From Bacillus phage vB_BspP_Dartukuta, in sequence record MW749009.1: a DNA stretch of 60,862 bases, one strand, 5' to 3'. How positions within the stretch are numbered: position 1 is the first letter of the stretch; each line of letters begins with the position of its first letter. Positions 37,473-48,600 of this stretch are shown here, piece after piece. Below the pieces are notes generated by a model. The model was not told the origin of the DNA. It saw only the letters and a program-made list of their open reading frames with translations, and searched no databases. Made by a program: the position numbers and the translations under genes.

Positions 37473-38622
37473 TTATCGCGATGATTCGCATGATATAGCG
37501 GTTGCAAGCGACAGCACATGGGTAGGCTTGACCAGTATTATTGAAGATACGGCTCAGGCAGTTGCTACGATGATCGTGTGCATCGGTGTTTTGCACGCTG
37601 ATAGCGCGGTGGCTAGTGACCAGGTTATTGACCGTTCAAGTCACATGATTGTCGAGCAGGCGCAAGCAAGCGATACCGTCACCGATCACCTTTTAAGTAA
37701 GCAGCTTGTTATCGAAAAGGCAAAGGTAAAGGACGGCGCGACAGGTAGGCTTCGCACACTGCTAGAAGATTCTGCGGTCGCTTCAGATCTTGTGTTTGAC
37801 AAGCAGCTCAACATCATCGTCGAGAGAGCTACGGCATCGGACGAGGTGACTGGCCAGCGGCGCGCTAAGTCTCTAGTCGTTGATAAGGCTCGCGCATTCG
37901 ACACATTGGTCAACCGTTCAAGCGTGCTTATTGAAGACGCTGCCACTGCTAACGACTGGGCAGTCGGAAAGCTAAAACGCAAAGACCTTATTGCTGAAAT
38001 CGCTACGGCTGGTGATTTGGTTGTCGATGACCATCACGCTATTGCACCAGTTATTGTTGATCGTGCTCGCACCAGCGATGAAGTAGTTGATCGACTTTAC
38101 GCCAAAGACCTGATCAAAGAAGTCGTTGTGGTCGAGGACGAAGCCTTGTCTATCGGTGGCGACTACGGCCAGGCATGGACGGCAAACGCTGGCAACTGGG
38201 CAATGAGCCGCTATGCGCCTTACTCTTTCCGGCGCTTGGCGGTTGTCGATGGCGTTCTCTACGGGCTTGCTGATGATGGCGTATACGCGCTATCTGGTGG
38301 CGTAGAAGAGATCCAAGGCAGCGTGACTACAGGGAAACTTGACGTTGGCGGTGGTGGCTTGGTTCATCCTGTATCTGCCTACCTTGAGTACGAGCTTGAA
38401 GGCACTGCAGAAATGGACGTTACCACTACGCAATCAGGCTTGGCGCAGACATTCACCTACCCACTCGCTGCAGAGGTTGCAAACGAATTGACCAATGGCC
38501 GGTTTATCTTCGGTCGTGGCTTGCGTGGCCGGCACTTTAGCTTCACCTTGCGAATCAAGGGGCTTGCCGGCTACATAAACGATTTAAGCGTGACTTCCAC
38601 GCCTACGAAAAGGAGAGTGTGA
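37465..38622 (+). CDS. Internally repetitive protein (385 aa)
   Basis: Degenerate ~22-aa repeats of the form [IV]-[IV]-[ED]-x-A-x-A-S-D-x-V-x-D (e.g. IVEQAQASDTVTD, IVERATASDEVTG, IVDRARTSDEVVD). Confidence 0.5.
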   Translation: MSSYRDDSHDIAVASDSTWVGLTSIIEDTAQAVATMIVCIGVLHADSAVASDQVIDRSSHMIVEQAQASDTVTDHLLSKQLVIEKAKVKDGATGRLRTLLEDSAVASDLVFDKQLNIIVERATASDEVTGQRRAKSLVVDKARAFDTLVNRSSVLIEDAATANDWAVGKLKRKDLIAEIATAGDLVVDDHHAIAPVIVDRARTSDEVVDRLYAKDLIKEVVVVEDEALSIGGDYGQAWTANAGNWAMSRYAPYSFRRLAVVDGVLYGLADDGVYALSGGVEEIQGSVTTGKLDVGGGGLVHPVSAYLEYELEGTAEMDVTTTQSGLAQTFTYPLAAEVANELTNGRFIFGRGLRGRHFSFTLRIKGLAGYINDLSVTSTPTKRRV

Positions 38623-40514
38623 TGGGTATCGCACCGGATAGTATTCTTGGGGTGGCGGTTGATACCGTCACTAGCAAGATCAATGACCTAGATACGCTTG
38701 GCAGCAAGTACAGTTCGCTATTACAGAAGTCACTTGTAGATATTGGCAAAATAAAGGTTGCTGATGTTGAGGCCCCGCTAAGGCTTCAGCCGCCAGAAGC
38801 AGCACCGCCACCTGTGACACTTGGACCAATACCTGATTACAATCCACCGCCTTTAGCGCTGCCAGCTATGCCGGATGGGTTTAGTATTGATGACCTGTTA
38901 TCCGGCCTTGATATTGGCGACATGGATGCCATGCCGGACGCGCCCGTAGCAATACCGATAAACATACCTGACGCGCCTGATATGGCTGCAATTCCAGCAC
39001 CAGATCGACCAACAATAGATACGAATGTCGAAATACCGGACGCACCAAACATTGTCATGCCGGAAATGGAGGCGCTTGAGCAGATCAATATCCCTGATTT
39101 TGTTTTCCCTGAGCTACCTACGTTTGATGCTACGCCTCCAGACGCCAGCACTATAAGGGTGCCTGATGTTTTTATTAACTGGTCTGAGCCGGTCTATGCG
39201 TCAGAGGTTTTAGACGATCTAACGGCTAAAGTTAAAACCATGATGGCTGGCGGTACTGGCTTGCCGGCTGCCATCGAAGATGCTTTGTTCTCAAGGGCAC
39301 GCGAGCGTGACAGCGCAGAAACAACAAGGTCAGTTCAAGAAGCGGTTGATACATGGGCTGGACGTAACTTTTCTATGCCACCAGGCATGCTAGTGAAAGC
39401 TACCGATGTAGCGAGAGAGCAAGGACGACTCAAGGCAGCTGAACTTAACCGTGACATTCTGGTTGAGGCCGCTAAGTGGGAGATTGAGAGCATCCGCTTT
39501 GCCGTTGAGCAAGGTATGGCGCTTGAGCAGCTAACCCAGAACCTATACAACAACATGGCTAATCGCTTGTTTGAAGTGGCTAAGTTCCAAGCTGAAGCGC
39601 AGATCCGCGTATTCGATGCGCAGATAAGTCTTTTCAATGCTCAAAACGAAGCATTCAAAACGCTTGGCGATGTGTATCGGGTTAAGCTGGACGGTGCTAT
39701 AGCCAAACTTACGGCCTACAAAACTGCTATCGAAGGTCAAGTTGCGCTTGGCCAGATCAACCAGCAGCGTGTTGATGTATTTAAAGCCAAGCTCGATGCT
39801 GTTCAGTCAAACGTAGAAGTCTACAAGGCCATGATGCAAGGCGCTCAGGTTCGGGCAGATACCATTAAAACCCAATTTGATGCGTACAAGGCAGACGTTC
39901 AGGCATTCGCAGAACAGATCAACGCAGAGAAGGTTAAGTTTGACGCCTATGAAAGTCGGATCAAGGGCGAGCAGGCCAAGGCCGGAGTCTATGACTCACA
40001 GGCACGCGCTTACGCCTCAACTATTCAGGGGCTTGCAAGCAAGGCAGACGTTAAAGTAAAAGGCGCACAGCTCAAGATGGAGGCCGCGCGAGTTAAGGTT
40101 TCCAAGTTTCTTGCTGATGTGGATGCCTACAAGGCGCAGCTTCAAGCAAACCTTGGTGAGGTGCAATATGTGACAACAGCTTTCACCGCTCAAGTGGACG
40201 CATGGAAGTCACAAGCAAGCGCCAACGTAGCTGATGCTGAAATGCAAAGCCGCTTTGCCGATATGAATACGCGCACCGCAATTGCTTACTCTGAAATGCA
40301 GATGAGCGAGTACACGGCCAAGATGACGAACGCGGTACAGCAGGCGCAGATTGCACTTGATGCTGCAAAGGCTTTAGGTCAGTACACCGCTCAACTGGCA
40401 GCAGGCGCAATGTCTGCAGCTCATGTGTCGGCAAGTATCAGCGGCAGTGGATCTGCAAGCTCAAGCGACTCAAGAAGCACTAGCACTTCGACGAGCCATA
40501 ACTACAGCTATTAA
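38619..40514 (+). CDS. Coiled-coil-rich virion protein (631 aa), possible internal/ejection protein
   Basis: Pro-rich N-terminal third, long Ala/Gln/Lys-rich helical C-terminal half, Ser-rich tail. Confidence 0.5.
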   Translation: MMGIAPDSILGVAVDTVTSKINDLDTLGSKYSSLLQKSLVDIGKIKVADVEAPLRLQPPEAAPPPVTLGPIPDYNPPPLALPAMPDGFSIDDLLSGLDIGDMDAMPDAPVAIPINIPDAPDMAAIPAPDRPTIDTNVEIPDAPNIVMPEMEALEQINIPDFVFPELPTFDATPPDASTIRVPDVFINWSEPVYASEVLDDLTAKVKTMMAGGTGLPAAIEDALFSRARERDSAETTRSVQEAVDTWAGRNFSMPPGMLVKATDVAREQGRLKAAELNRDILVEAAKWEIESIRFAVEQGMALEQLTQNLYNNMANRLFEVAKFQAEAQIRVFDAQISLFNAQNEAFKTLGDVYRVKLDGAIAKLTAYKTAIEGQVALGQINQQRVDVFKAKLDAVQSNVEVYKAMMQGAQVRADTIKTQFDAYKADVQAFAEQINAEKVKFDAYESRIKGEQAKAGVYDSQARAYASTIQGLASKADVKVKGAQLKMEAARVKVSKFLADVDAYKAQLQANLGEVQYVTTAFTAQVDAWKSQASANVADAEMQSRFADMNTRTAIAYSEMQMSEYTAKMTNAVQQAQIALDAAKALGQYTAQLAAGAMSAAHVSASISGSGSASSSDSRSTSTSTSHNYSY

Positions 40515-40534
40515 CCAGCAATAATCCTGCAGGT

Positions 40535-40558
40535 TAACACCCTGTAGGATTCGCAACC
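40535..40558 (+). promoter_or_regulatory. Conserved late motif, copy 3 (TAACACCCTGTAGGATTCGCAACC)
   Basis: Between the 631-aa and 662-aa genes, followed by an inverted repeat (40564..40603) that overlaps the Shine-Dalgarno of the next gene. Confidence 0.35.
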
Positions 40559-40607
40559 AAGTTCCGTAGCAGACAACATTAAGCGCAACAGCTAATGCTA
40601 CGGAGTC

Positions 40608-42596
40608 ATGGTTATGCAGGGTTTTAAGCCTCGTGATCAGCGAGATAATCAGTCAAAAAAACAATCAAAACAAAAGAAAGCAAATCTTGGCTTTGCGAAT
40701 GGCGGCATGATTCGCGGCCCCGGCACGGGCACGTCTGATGATATTGAAGCCGAGATGCCTGCTGGCTCTTACGTTATGCCTGCTGATTCAACCGAGCAAA
40801 TCGGTGAAGAAGGTTTAGCCAGCATGGGATCGCCAGCTGATGTACGCGTATCTAATGGCGAATACCAGTTACCACCTGAGCAGGTTCACGCTATAGGCGT
40901 GCAAGCACTTGACCAGATGAAGGACGCTACGCATACACCAGTAGCGCAAGGCTTTAACCCTCAAGTCAATCGTGATGGTGAGCAGTTCTTTAATCAGGGC
41001 GGTGTCACGCTTGGTGATGAAGAAGCCAAGCGAAAGGCAGCGCAGATGCAAAACCAGTCACCGATTGCACCGCCGCCTCAATCATCTTCACCAGCAGCAA
41101 GCACTGAACAACTGAATGCCGAAAGAGCCAATAGATTAGGCGCGCAGAAAGAAGCTGACACAGCTATGCGCTCAGAGCAGAGAAAGGCAGGCGCGAGAGC
41201 TATTGAGAACACTAAAAGCAATGTATCAGCAGCGGTTGATTCTATTGGGGGTTTTGTTGGCGATACATATAAGAACGTCCTTAACGCTGCGACAGTTGTA
41301 CCAAGGACAGCTTATGGCATAGCCACTGGAGGGATAGACCCTCACCAGCCTGCTAGGCACCCAGGCGCAGATATTGTTGATGCTAACAAAGCAAAACTAG
41401 CCGAGCAGGCAGCTTTGTCGCAGCAGCGTAACCAGCAGTTTAGCGCCACAATGGGCGGTGCTCAATCACAGATGGATGCAGTATCTGGTTTATTCCCAAA
41501 TCAAAAACCAGCAGCTTCTGGTACGCCAATGCAGGCGCTTGAAGCCAGCCAACCTGTAGCTGAAACTGGCACGCCAATAGCGCAAGAACAGTCAGGCCAA
41601 CAACCAGCAAGCGAGCAGTCTGCAGCACAACAGTCAGTAACAAGCCAAGAGCCATTACAGCCGCAGAACGCTGGCTTTCAGGCTGAGCTAAACAACGTAA
41701 CCAGAGACGGCAATAGCTTCAGCGGTGGAATTGTTCGCCCCGGCTACACGATAAACGGCCAAGCTCAAGGTGGCGTAAACGTCATGCCAGCAGAGCAAAG
41801 CGCACAGAACAAACAGGCTGTTGCAAATCTATTTGAGCGCACGCCAGAGTTCGGCACCGGCACAGCCCCGATACAGCAACAAGCACAAGGCTTTACTCCT
41901 AACGGTGGTGGTGGCCAACGATTCACAGTTGTTGGTGACAACTCACGGCAGGATGCTGATTACAGAAAAGCATTCAATGCCGCAAGCACTGCGCACCGTG
42001 GCGCTCAAAACGGCCAGCTAACAGCAGCGCAGTTAAGGTCAATGGAAGGCTTAACCAAAAACAAATACGGCACGGCAGACGCAAATCAAAGCAACGCAAC
42101 TTCGCGTGCAAACAGTGATAGCACCAACTCGGCAAATATCCTTCAGACAAATATGCGTGAGGCAGGATCAGACCGTAGAGCCTCAGCTACCAACAACCTT
42201 GATAACCGCAGGCTGGATCAAGCCGAAAGACTTTCAGCGCCACAGATTCAGGCGGCAGAAGAAAAGCAGAGTCTCTACAAGCGCTTTAATGAGGCTGAAA
42301 CAGAAGAGCAGAAAAGTGAAATCCTTAACCAAATGAGAATACTCAACGGCTCTGGTGGCTCACAAGAAAACCTAAGAAACAACTTCATGCAGCTTGGCGG
42401 CGGGCAAGAAATGGTAGACGGCGTACTGCGTAATGTTCCTCAGCGACTCATTGATCTTAGAACAGGTCAAGAAGTTCTAGGGGGCCAGCAAGAGCAAAAG
42501 CCAGACACGAAACGCTTTGAGAAAAACAAGATTTACCGCGACAAGAGCGGGACTCGATTCATGTGGGATGGTGAAAAGGCTGTTCCAGTTAACTAA
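40608..42596 (+). CDS. Low-complexity Gln/Ala/Gly/Asn-rich virion protein (662 aa)
   Basis: ORF track; compositionally biased; directly upstream of the giant gene. Confidence 0.5.
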   Translation: MVMQGFKPRDQRDNQSKKQSKQKKANLGFANGGMIRGPGTGTSDDIEAEMPAGSYVMPADSTEQIGEEGLASMGSPADVRVSNGEYQLPPEQVHAIGVQALDQMKDATHTPVAQGFNPQVNRDGEQFFNQGGVTLGDEEAKRKAAQMQNQSPIAPPPQSSSPAASTEQLNAERANRLGAQKEADTAMRSEQRKAGARAIENTKSNVSAAVDSIGGFVGDTYKNVLNAATVVPRTAYGIATGGIDPHQPARHPGADIVDANKAKLAEQAALSQQRNQQFSATMGGAQSQMDAVSGLFPNQKPAASGTPMQALEASQPVAETGTPIAQEQSGQQPASEQSAAQQSVTSQEPLQPQNAGFQAELNNVTRDGNSFSGGIVRPGYTINGQAQGGVNVMPAEQSAQNKQAVANLFERTPEFGTGTAPIQQQAQGFTPNGGGGQRFTVVGDNSRQDADYRKAFNAASTAHRGAQNGQLTAAQLRSMEGLTKNKYGTADANQSNATSRANSDSTNSANILQTNMREAGSDRRASATNNLDNRRLDQAERLSAPQIQAAEEKQSLYKRFNEAETEEQKSEILNQMRILNGSGGSQENLRNNFMQLGGGQEMVDGVLRNVPQRLIDLRTGQEVLGGQQEQKPDTKRFEKNKIYRDKSGTRFMWDGEKAVPVN

Positions 42597-42616
42597 TTGC
42601 CGATAGGTATTAAATA

Positions 42617-45600
42617 ATGAGCTTTGAAGTTGATTTAGACAGCGCTGTTCTTGAGGGTGATTATTATGGAGATGATACTAGGGTCAAGCCTGAGAGCAGC
42701 AGTTCAGGCTTTAGCCCTGAAGCAGGTCCCGCAAAGCAGCCAGCTCCCTTTAGCGTTGACCTAGAAAGCGCTGAGCTAGACGAAAAAGCCAACCAGGGCT
42801 TTATTGGAACATTAGCTGACGGTGCAAAATCGGCAGGTAGAGCCATTAGCTCTACTTACAATACTTATACTGGCGATGGTCAAGCAGTTGTTGATAACGC
42901 CAAGGCTCAAGAACTGGCCAATGAAGATAAAAGCCAAGACATTAAAAACTTCCAGTCTGACTGGGCGGCAAATACGGGCGCAGGTACTGATGACGAAGTA
43001 GGCTTATGGGGTGCTATCAAAGGCACTGGAAAGGCAATTATTGATAACCCTCGTGGTGCCGCCCTTTCAGTAGTTGAGCAATTCCCTAATTCAGTTCCAG
43101 CACTGGCCGCAGGCTGGGCAGGCGCTAAAGGCGGCGCAATGGCAGGGGGCGCAGTCGGCTCGGCTTTTGGTGGTGTCGGCGCTGGGCCTGGCGCTTTAAT
43201 TGGTGGCGCCGCGGGGTTTGTTGGCGGCATGTTCCTCGGTAATACGTTGACCGAAACGGGCCATAAGGCGCAAGAGTACGCTGCCGATGGTGAGTTCACG
43301 CCAGATGAGCAGTCAGCAGCTATTACCGAGGGCGCGAAAAAAGCCGGTGTTATTACAGCCGTAGATGCGCTTACCTTTGCTGTCGGTGGCAAGGTTTCTG
43401 GATACTATCGGAAAACAGCAGAGTCAACAGTTGAGGCAGCTACTCGCAAAACACTGCTTGACGCTGGTGTTGATATTAGCGATACAGCAGCGCTTACTGC
43501 GGCAAGAGGTAGCCCACAAATTGCAAGCCAAGTTGTTGAAGCGCAGAAAAATGCGGCAAAGATTGCAGACAATCTACGCAAGCGCGCAGGCGAGGCAGGC
43601 GCGCTACTTACAATGGAAACAGTCGGCGAAGGCTTAGGTGAATACTTAGGCGAACTGGCAGCGACTGGACAAGCAAGCGTAGCAGAGGCCGTGCTAGAGA
43701 GCTTCTTGTCGCTAGGTCAGTCTGGCGTTCAGTCGATGTTTAACTTTGCCAAGGCGCGAGAGCGTTCGCTCACTGACCAAGAATGGATTGATGCGTCAAA
43801 CGGTATTGCGCCAGAAGGTATGGCACCAGAGCAAATGCCGGTTGCTGATGGTATATGGGATAAGCCAACTCCAGAAGCCAAGATCGACATGGGGCAGATG
43901 CAGGGTGGCGGCGTAACACCGACACCTGTATTTGACCCGCAAGACATTGATCGCAACCTTGCACCGACACCATCGCAGCAAATGGGAATTAACCCTGATG
44001 CTGGCCCACTTTCTGCTGCTGCAGCGCAGTCAGTTGATAGTGGCTTGTTTACAGGCGGGTTTACCCCACAAGCCGGAATTAACCAATCGGCACTTGAGCG
44101 CGAGGGCGTAACGCCGCCGCCAGTATTAGATACTGACCAGATTGACCGCAACTTAGGAAGTATTGATCCATTAACAGGTGAGTACATGCCTGCACCTGAG
44201 CAGTTAGGTCAGTCGAGTCAAGCGGGAGGCGCCGGTAATTATGAGTATGACCAATGGGGCAACCTAAGCAGCGTTGATGGCCGCACAGTAGATGGTTACG
44301 GTCAAAACCAACCACGCCTTGGTTTTAATAGTAAAGCCGAGCGCAGCACCGCGCCGTTATATGAAGTTGGGCCTGATGGTGTGGCGCGTCCATCTTCAGG
44401 AGAGGCGGCGCGGAGTAGAAAAGAACGTATTGACCTATCATCGCTGAAAGGTAGACAGCAAACCCAAGCGCAAAAACAGCCTGCTGCTATGCCAGAGCAG
44501 CGTAGTCCTGAACAGCAAGCGCAATCTATCTGGGATTCAATGAATACCTTTGAGCGTAACGCTGCAGCAGCAAATGTTCTTGGTATGCGCGGCGTACCGG
44601 CTAAGAATGCAGCCACAAAAGCATGGGATAAGCTAAGCTCTGAACAGCAGGCCAAGCTCGTAACTGGACTTGAGAGCCAGCAAGGGAAACGCTGGATAGA
44701 CCCTAATCAGAAAGTGACTGACCAAACTGGCCCTGTGCTACAAAACCGCGACCGCACAAGCCAAGACTCAATCAATCAGATGCGAAGCATCTCAAACAAT
44801 CCAGACTACAGCAGGTTAAAAACATCAGGCTTCTTGTCTGACGGTGCGCCTGTTGTTGTTGATGAGAATATTCAAATACCAGCGTCACAGATGGGCGTTA
44901 CTGATACTGCTTCTGCAGGAAACGAGCGCTTTAACGTGCAGTACGCAGTAGTTGAAGCCGACCAGTTAATGACCAGTAACAGCATTGACGGTACCACTAA
45001 CGCTGAATACCAGACAGGGGCTGCAGGTAAGGCTAGAGCAATTGCAGGTAATGGACGAATCACTGGCTTGCAATCAGCATGGGCTAAAGGCAACGCCAGC
45101 CAATACAAAGCCGATATGGCAGCCGATAGAATGCACGGCATTGACCCGGCCGTTATTGAAGGCATGCGCAATCCTGTTTTAGTCCGCTTATTGCCGCAGG
45201 ATCAGGTCACTGACAATATTGGCGACCTAAGCAACAGAGACGAGAAAGGCAGACTTTCGCCGGTCGAGCAAGCCAAAACAGATATGGGCCGCATTGACCT
45301 TGATAGCCTAAAGTTTACTGCTGAAGGTGCTATCGGTGGCGAAGCGATCCACCAGTTCCGCATGGCTCAACCTGCAGCTGAGCGCGTGAGTGAGGCAGAG
45401 GCACGGAAGCGACTGACTTCTGCTGTCTTCCAAAAGGCATACGGAAACGATCAGCTTACAGAAATCCAGTCTGGTGAAAGTGACGATGCCAAATCAATCT
45501 TATCAGCACTGGCACAAGCAGCCCCAAGCATGTCACGTCTTGAAGGAGCTGGTGAGTTTGATATTCGCCCACTAATCACGCAGGCAGGCATTGCGGCTGT

Positions 45601-48600
45601 AAACGCAGCGCGTAGAGGCACTAAACTTGCTGATTATGTTCAGCAGTCAGAAATGGGTATTGATCCAATGGTATACCCAATTCTGGAAATGATGCTGAAC
45701 GAGAATGGCAATATCCGTAGTAGCAAATACATCGGCGAACAGCTAACCAATATGGCAAAGTTGGCTTATGATGAAGCCAACTCACCTAGCTCAGATATGT
45801 TTGGCGAAAAACCCAAGCGTACAGCTGAGCAGGTTATTCAAGACGCGCTTACTGGAGTACAAGGTTATGGCCAAATCAATGACGGAAGAGGGCAAGAAAG
45901 TCTGGGGCAGCGAGGGCGGTCAGAACCTGATGCGCAAATGGTTGAAGGGCCAGAAGGCGGACGAGAGCGACCAGCAGACACTAGACAAACTGCACCAACT
46001 CAACCAGAAGCAGAGCAAGAACAACCCGCAGCAGTAGAAAGCAATGCGCCTGAAACATGGCGCAGTAACTACATTCAAGCCGCCAAGATTGCACGCGAAA
46101 AAGGCATTAATCCTAAGCAGCATAAAAAACTCGCTGACTTGGTTGAAGCTATTGATGCGTCAAACACTAAACCTGAAGCTCAAACACAGCTAACAGCACA
46201 ACAGAAGCAGGCTTCAGGCAGTGTAGATGGTGCAAAAGTCCATCTTAACAACAGCATTGACCTAACCAGCGCATTAGCTGCAATCGCACGCGGCGCACAA
46301 TTAAGCACCGAGCCAAACGGTGACGTTATTCTTAGTGGCACCAAGATAATTACGCTTCCAAAGCCGCCAACTTCTATTGATGAAGTTATTGCCCCGTTAG
46401 CCACAGCCTTACTAGAACAAATGCGAGCAGATGGCGTTTCTATGCCTGGCAACCCAGCGGACATGACGCGGGATCAGTTTGCTATTGCCTATCACTTTGC
46501 AAACATAATTCCAGAGTTTGAAATCAGCGGAGCAGATATTGGTGGCGTAGTCCAAGGATCAAGCCGTGGCTTAACAGTAGACTCAGACAAGCTATACGAC
46601 AAGATCATCGAGCAAGCCAAAGAGCAGGCTAAACCAGCCTTGGAGCTTAACCAGCAAACCGAAGAATCCTTAGCTAAAGATGCCAAACGATTAGAGCAGC
46701 TGCAGAAAGAAGAAGCTGCGCAGAAAGTCGCGCAGAAAGCTGCAGAAAGGAAACAGCGTGAGCGTGACGCAGACAAGGCCAGAGCGGACGAAGTGGTTGA
46801 TGACTTCCAGTTGGGGCAGTCTGCAGAAGAAGTAATGTCTGGCATGGGTGATATTTTTGCGACTGAGAGCAAGCCAGCAGATAAAGGCATTGCGTCTCAA
46901 GCCGATGACAGCCATGTCACAGTTGTTGATAACCAATACAACCCAAACCCTACAGAAGCGCAGAAGCAGGCTGGCAACTACAAGAAGGCTCACGTTAAAT
47001 TCCAAGGCCTTGATATCACAGTAGAGAATCCAGTCGGATCAGTGCGCAGTGGCGTAGATCCTGACGGCAATACTTGGTCAAATACTATAAAGCATGATTA
47101 CGGATACATTAAGCGCACTAAGGGCGCTGACGGCGACCATGTTGATGTGTTTATAGGTAAAGATACCGAAAGCGATAAGGTATTTGTAATTGATCAGCCG
47201 CACAAAAACGGTAAGTTCGACGAACACAAAATCATGCTCGGCTTTAAAGACCAGACGCAGGCCGTAGAAGCGTACAAAGGCAACTATCAGAAAGACTGGA
47301 AAGTTGGCTCTGTCACTGAAATGACTGTGGGCGAATTTAAGCAGTGGCTTAGCAATGGTGATACCACCAAACCGGTTGAGCCAGTCGCGAAGCCAGCAGC
47401 GCAAACAAAGCCAAGCCAAGCCATTGAGGACTTTGGTGAGAGGCTGGAAGGCGCACGCAAGGATTACGCCAGCAAACTATCTGACGCTAAAGAGGTAGAC
47501 ATTGCGACTGAGCCACTATCAAAGTCTTGGCCAGAGCCGAATTATCAGAAGTTGATTGACGGAGGAATGCCGCTAGAAACAGCAAGTATTGTTCGTGCTA
47601 TTCGTGATGAGATTCCAGTGAAGCCGCGCGCATCATGGCGACTGAAAGGATGGGTGCGACAAGTAAGCGAAATGCGTGATTTAGCCTTGAATTTGATGGG
47701 GGAAACAGCTACAGCTAAAGTGATTGTAGAGCAGATAAAATCTAATAAATCTTTATCAGACATAGTGAATCGTGCAGACCTGTACTCGGCAGTTGGGCAC
47801 GATAAAAGCCTAAAAGATATTAGTTTAAAACAAAGCTCTTACTCGTTGATTGATGGTGTTAAATACTCGCCACCGAAAGAGCTCTGGACGGTTGAAAGGC
47901 CGATTAAAAGCAGCGTAATAAGCAACATGCCCAGACGTATTGCGACAGCTGAAACAAGAGAGCAAGCGATTGCCAAATTCAAAAATGCGTATGCAACATT
48001 GGACGAAAGCAAACGTGTCAAGAACAAAGCAGTTGAGTTTGGGGTTTATACAGACAGAACCACAAAAGATGTTTTCATTGGCCGGAAGGTTGGCAAAAGT
48101 ATTGCTCGCGTAAAAACTGGATTCGAAACTGCTAAAGATGCAATTGCACACCTAAAGGAAAACTATGCTGCTCTTGAAGAGCGGTTTAACAAGATGAAGG
48201 ATACGCCCGATCATCGTAAGGCTGAAAACTCACCTAGAGTTGGCGTTGATCACCGAAATGGCGCGGATGTAACACCGGAGCAGTTCTCTGATACGTTCGG
48301 GTTCAGAGGGGTGCAGTTCGGTAACTATGTAGAGCAAGGACGTAGGCAGCAGGATCTAAATGAAGCCTATGATGCGCTTATGGACATGGCTGGCGTGTTA
48401 GGTATTCCAGCAAAATCTCTATCTTTAAATGGTGAGCTTGGACTAGCGTTTGGTGCTCGTGGTAAGGGTGGAAAACAAGCAGCTAAAGCGCATTATGAGC
48501 CAGATCAAATTGTTATTAACTTAACTAAGAAAAATGGCGCAGGCAGCCTTGCTCACGAATGGTGGCATGCGCTTGATAACTATTTTGGCCGCGAGCGTGG

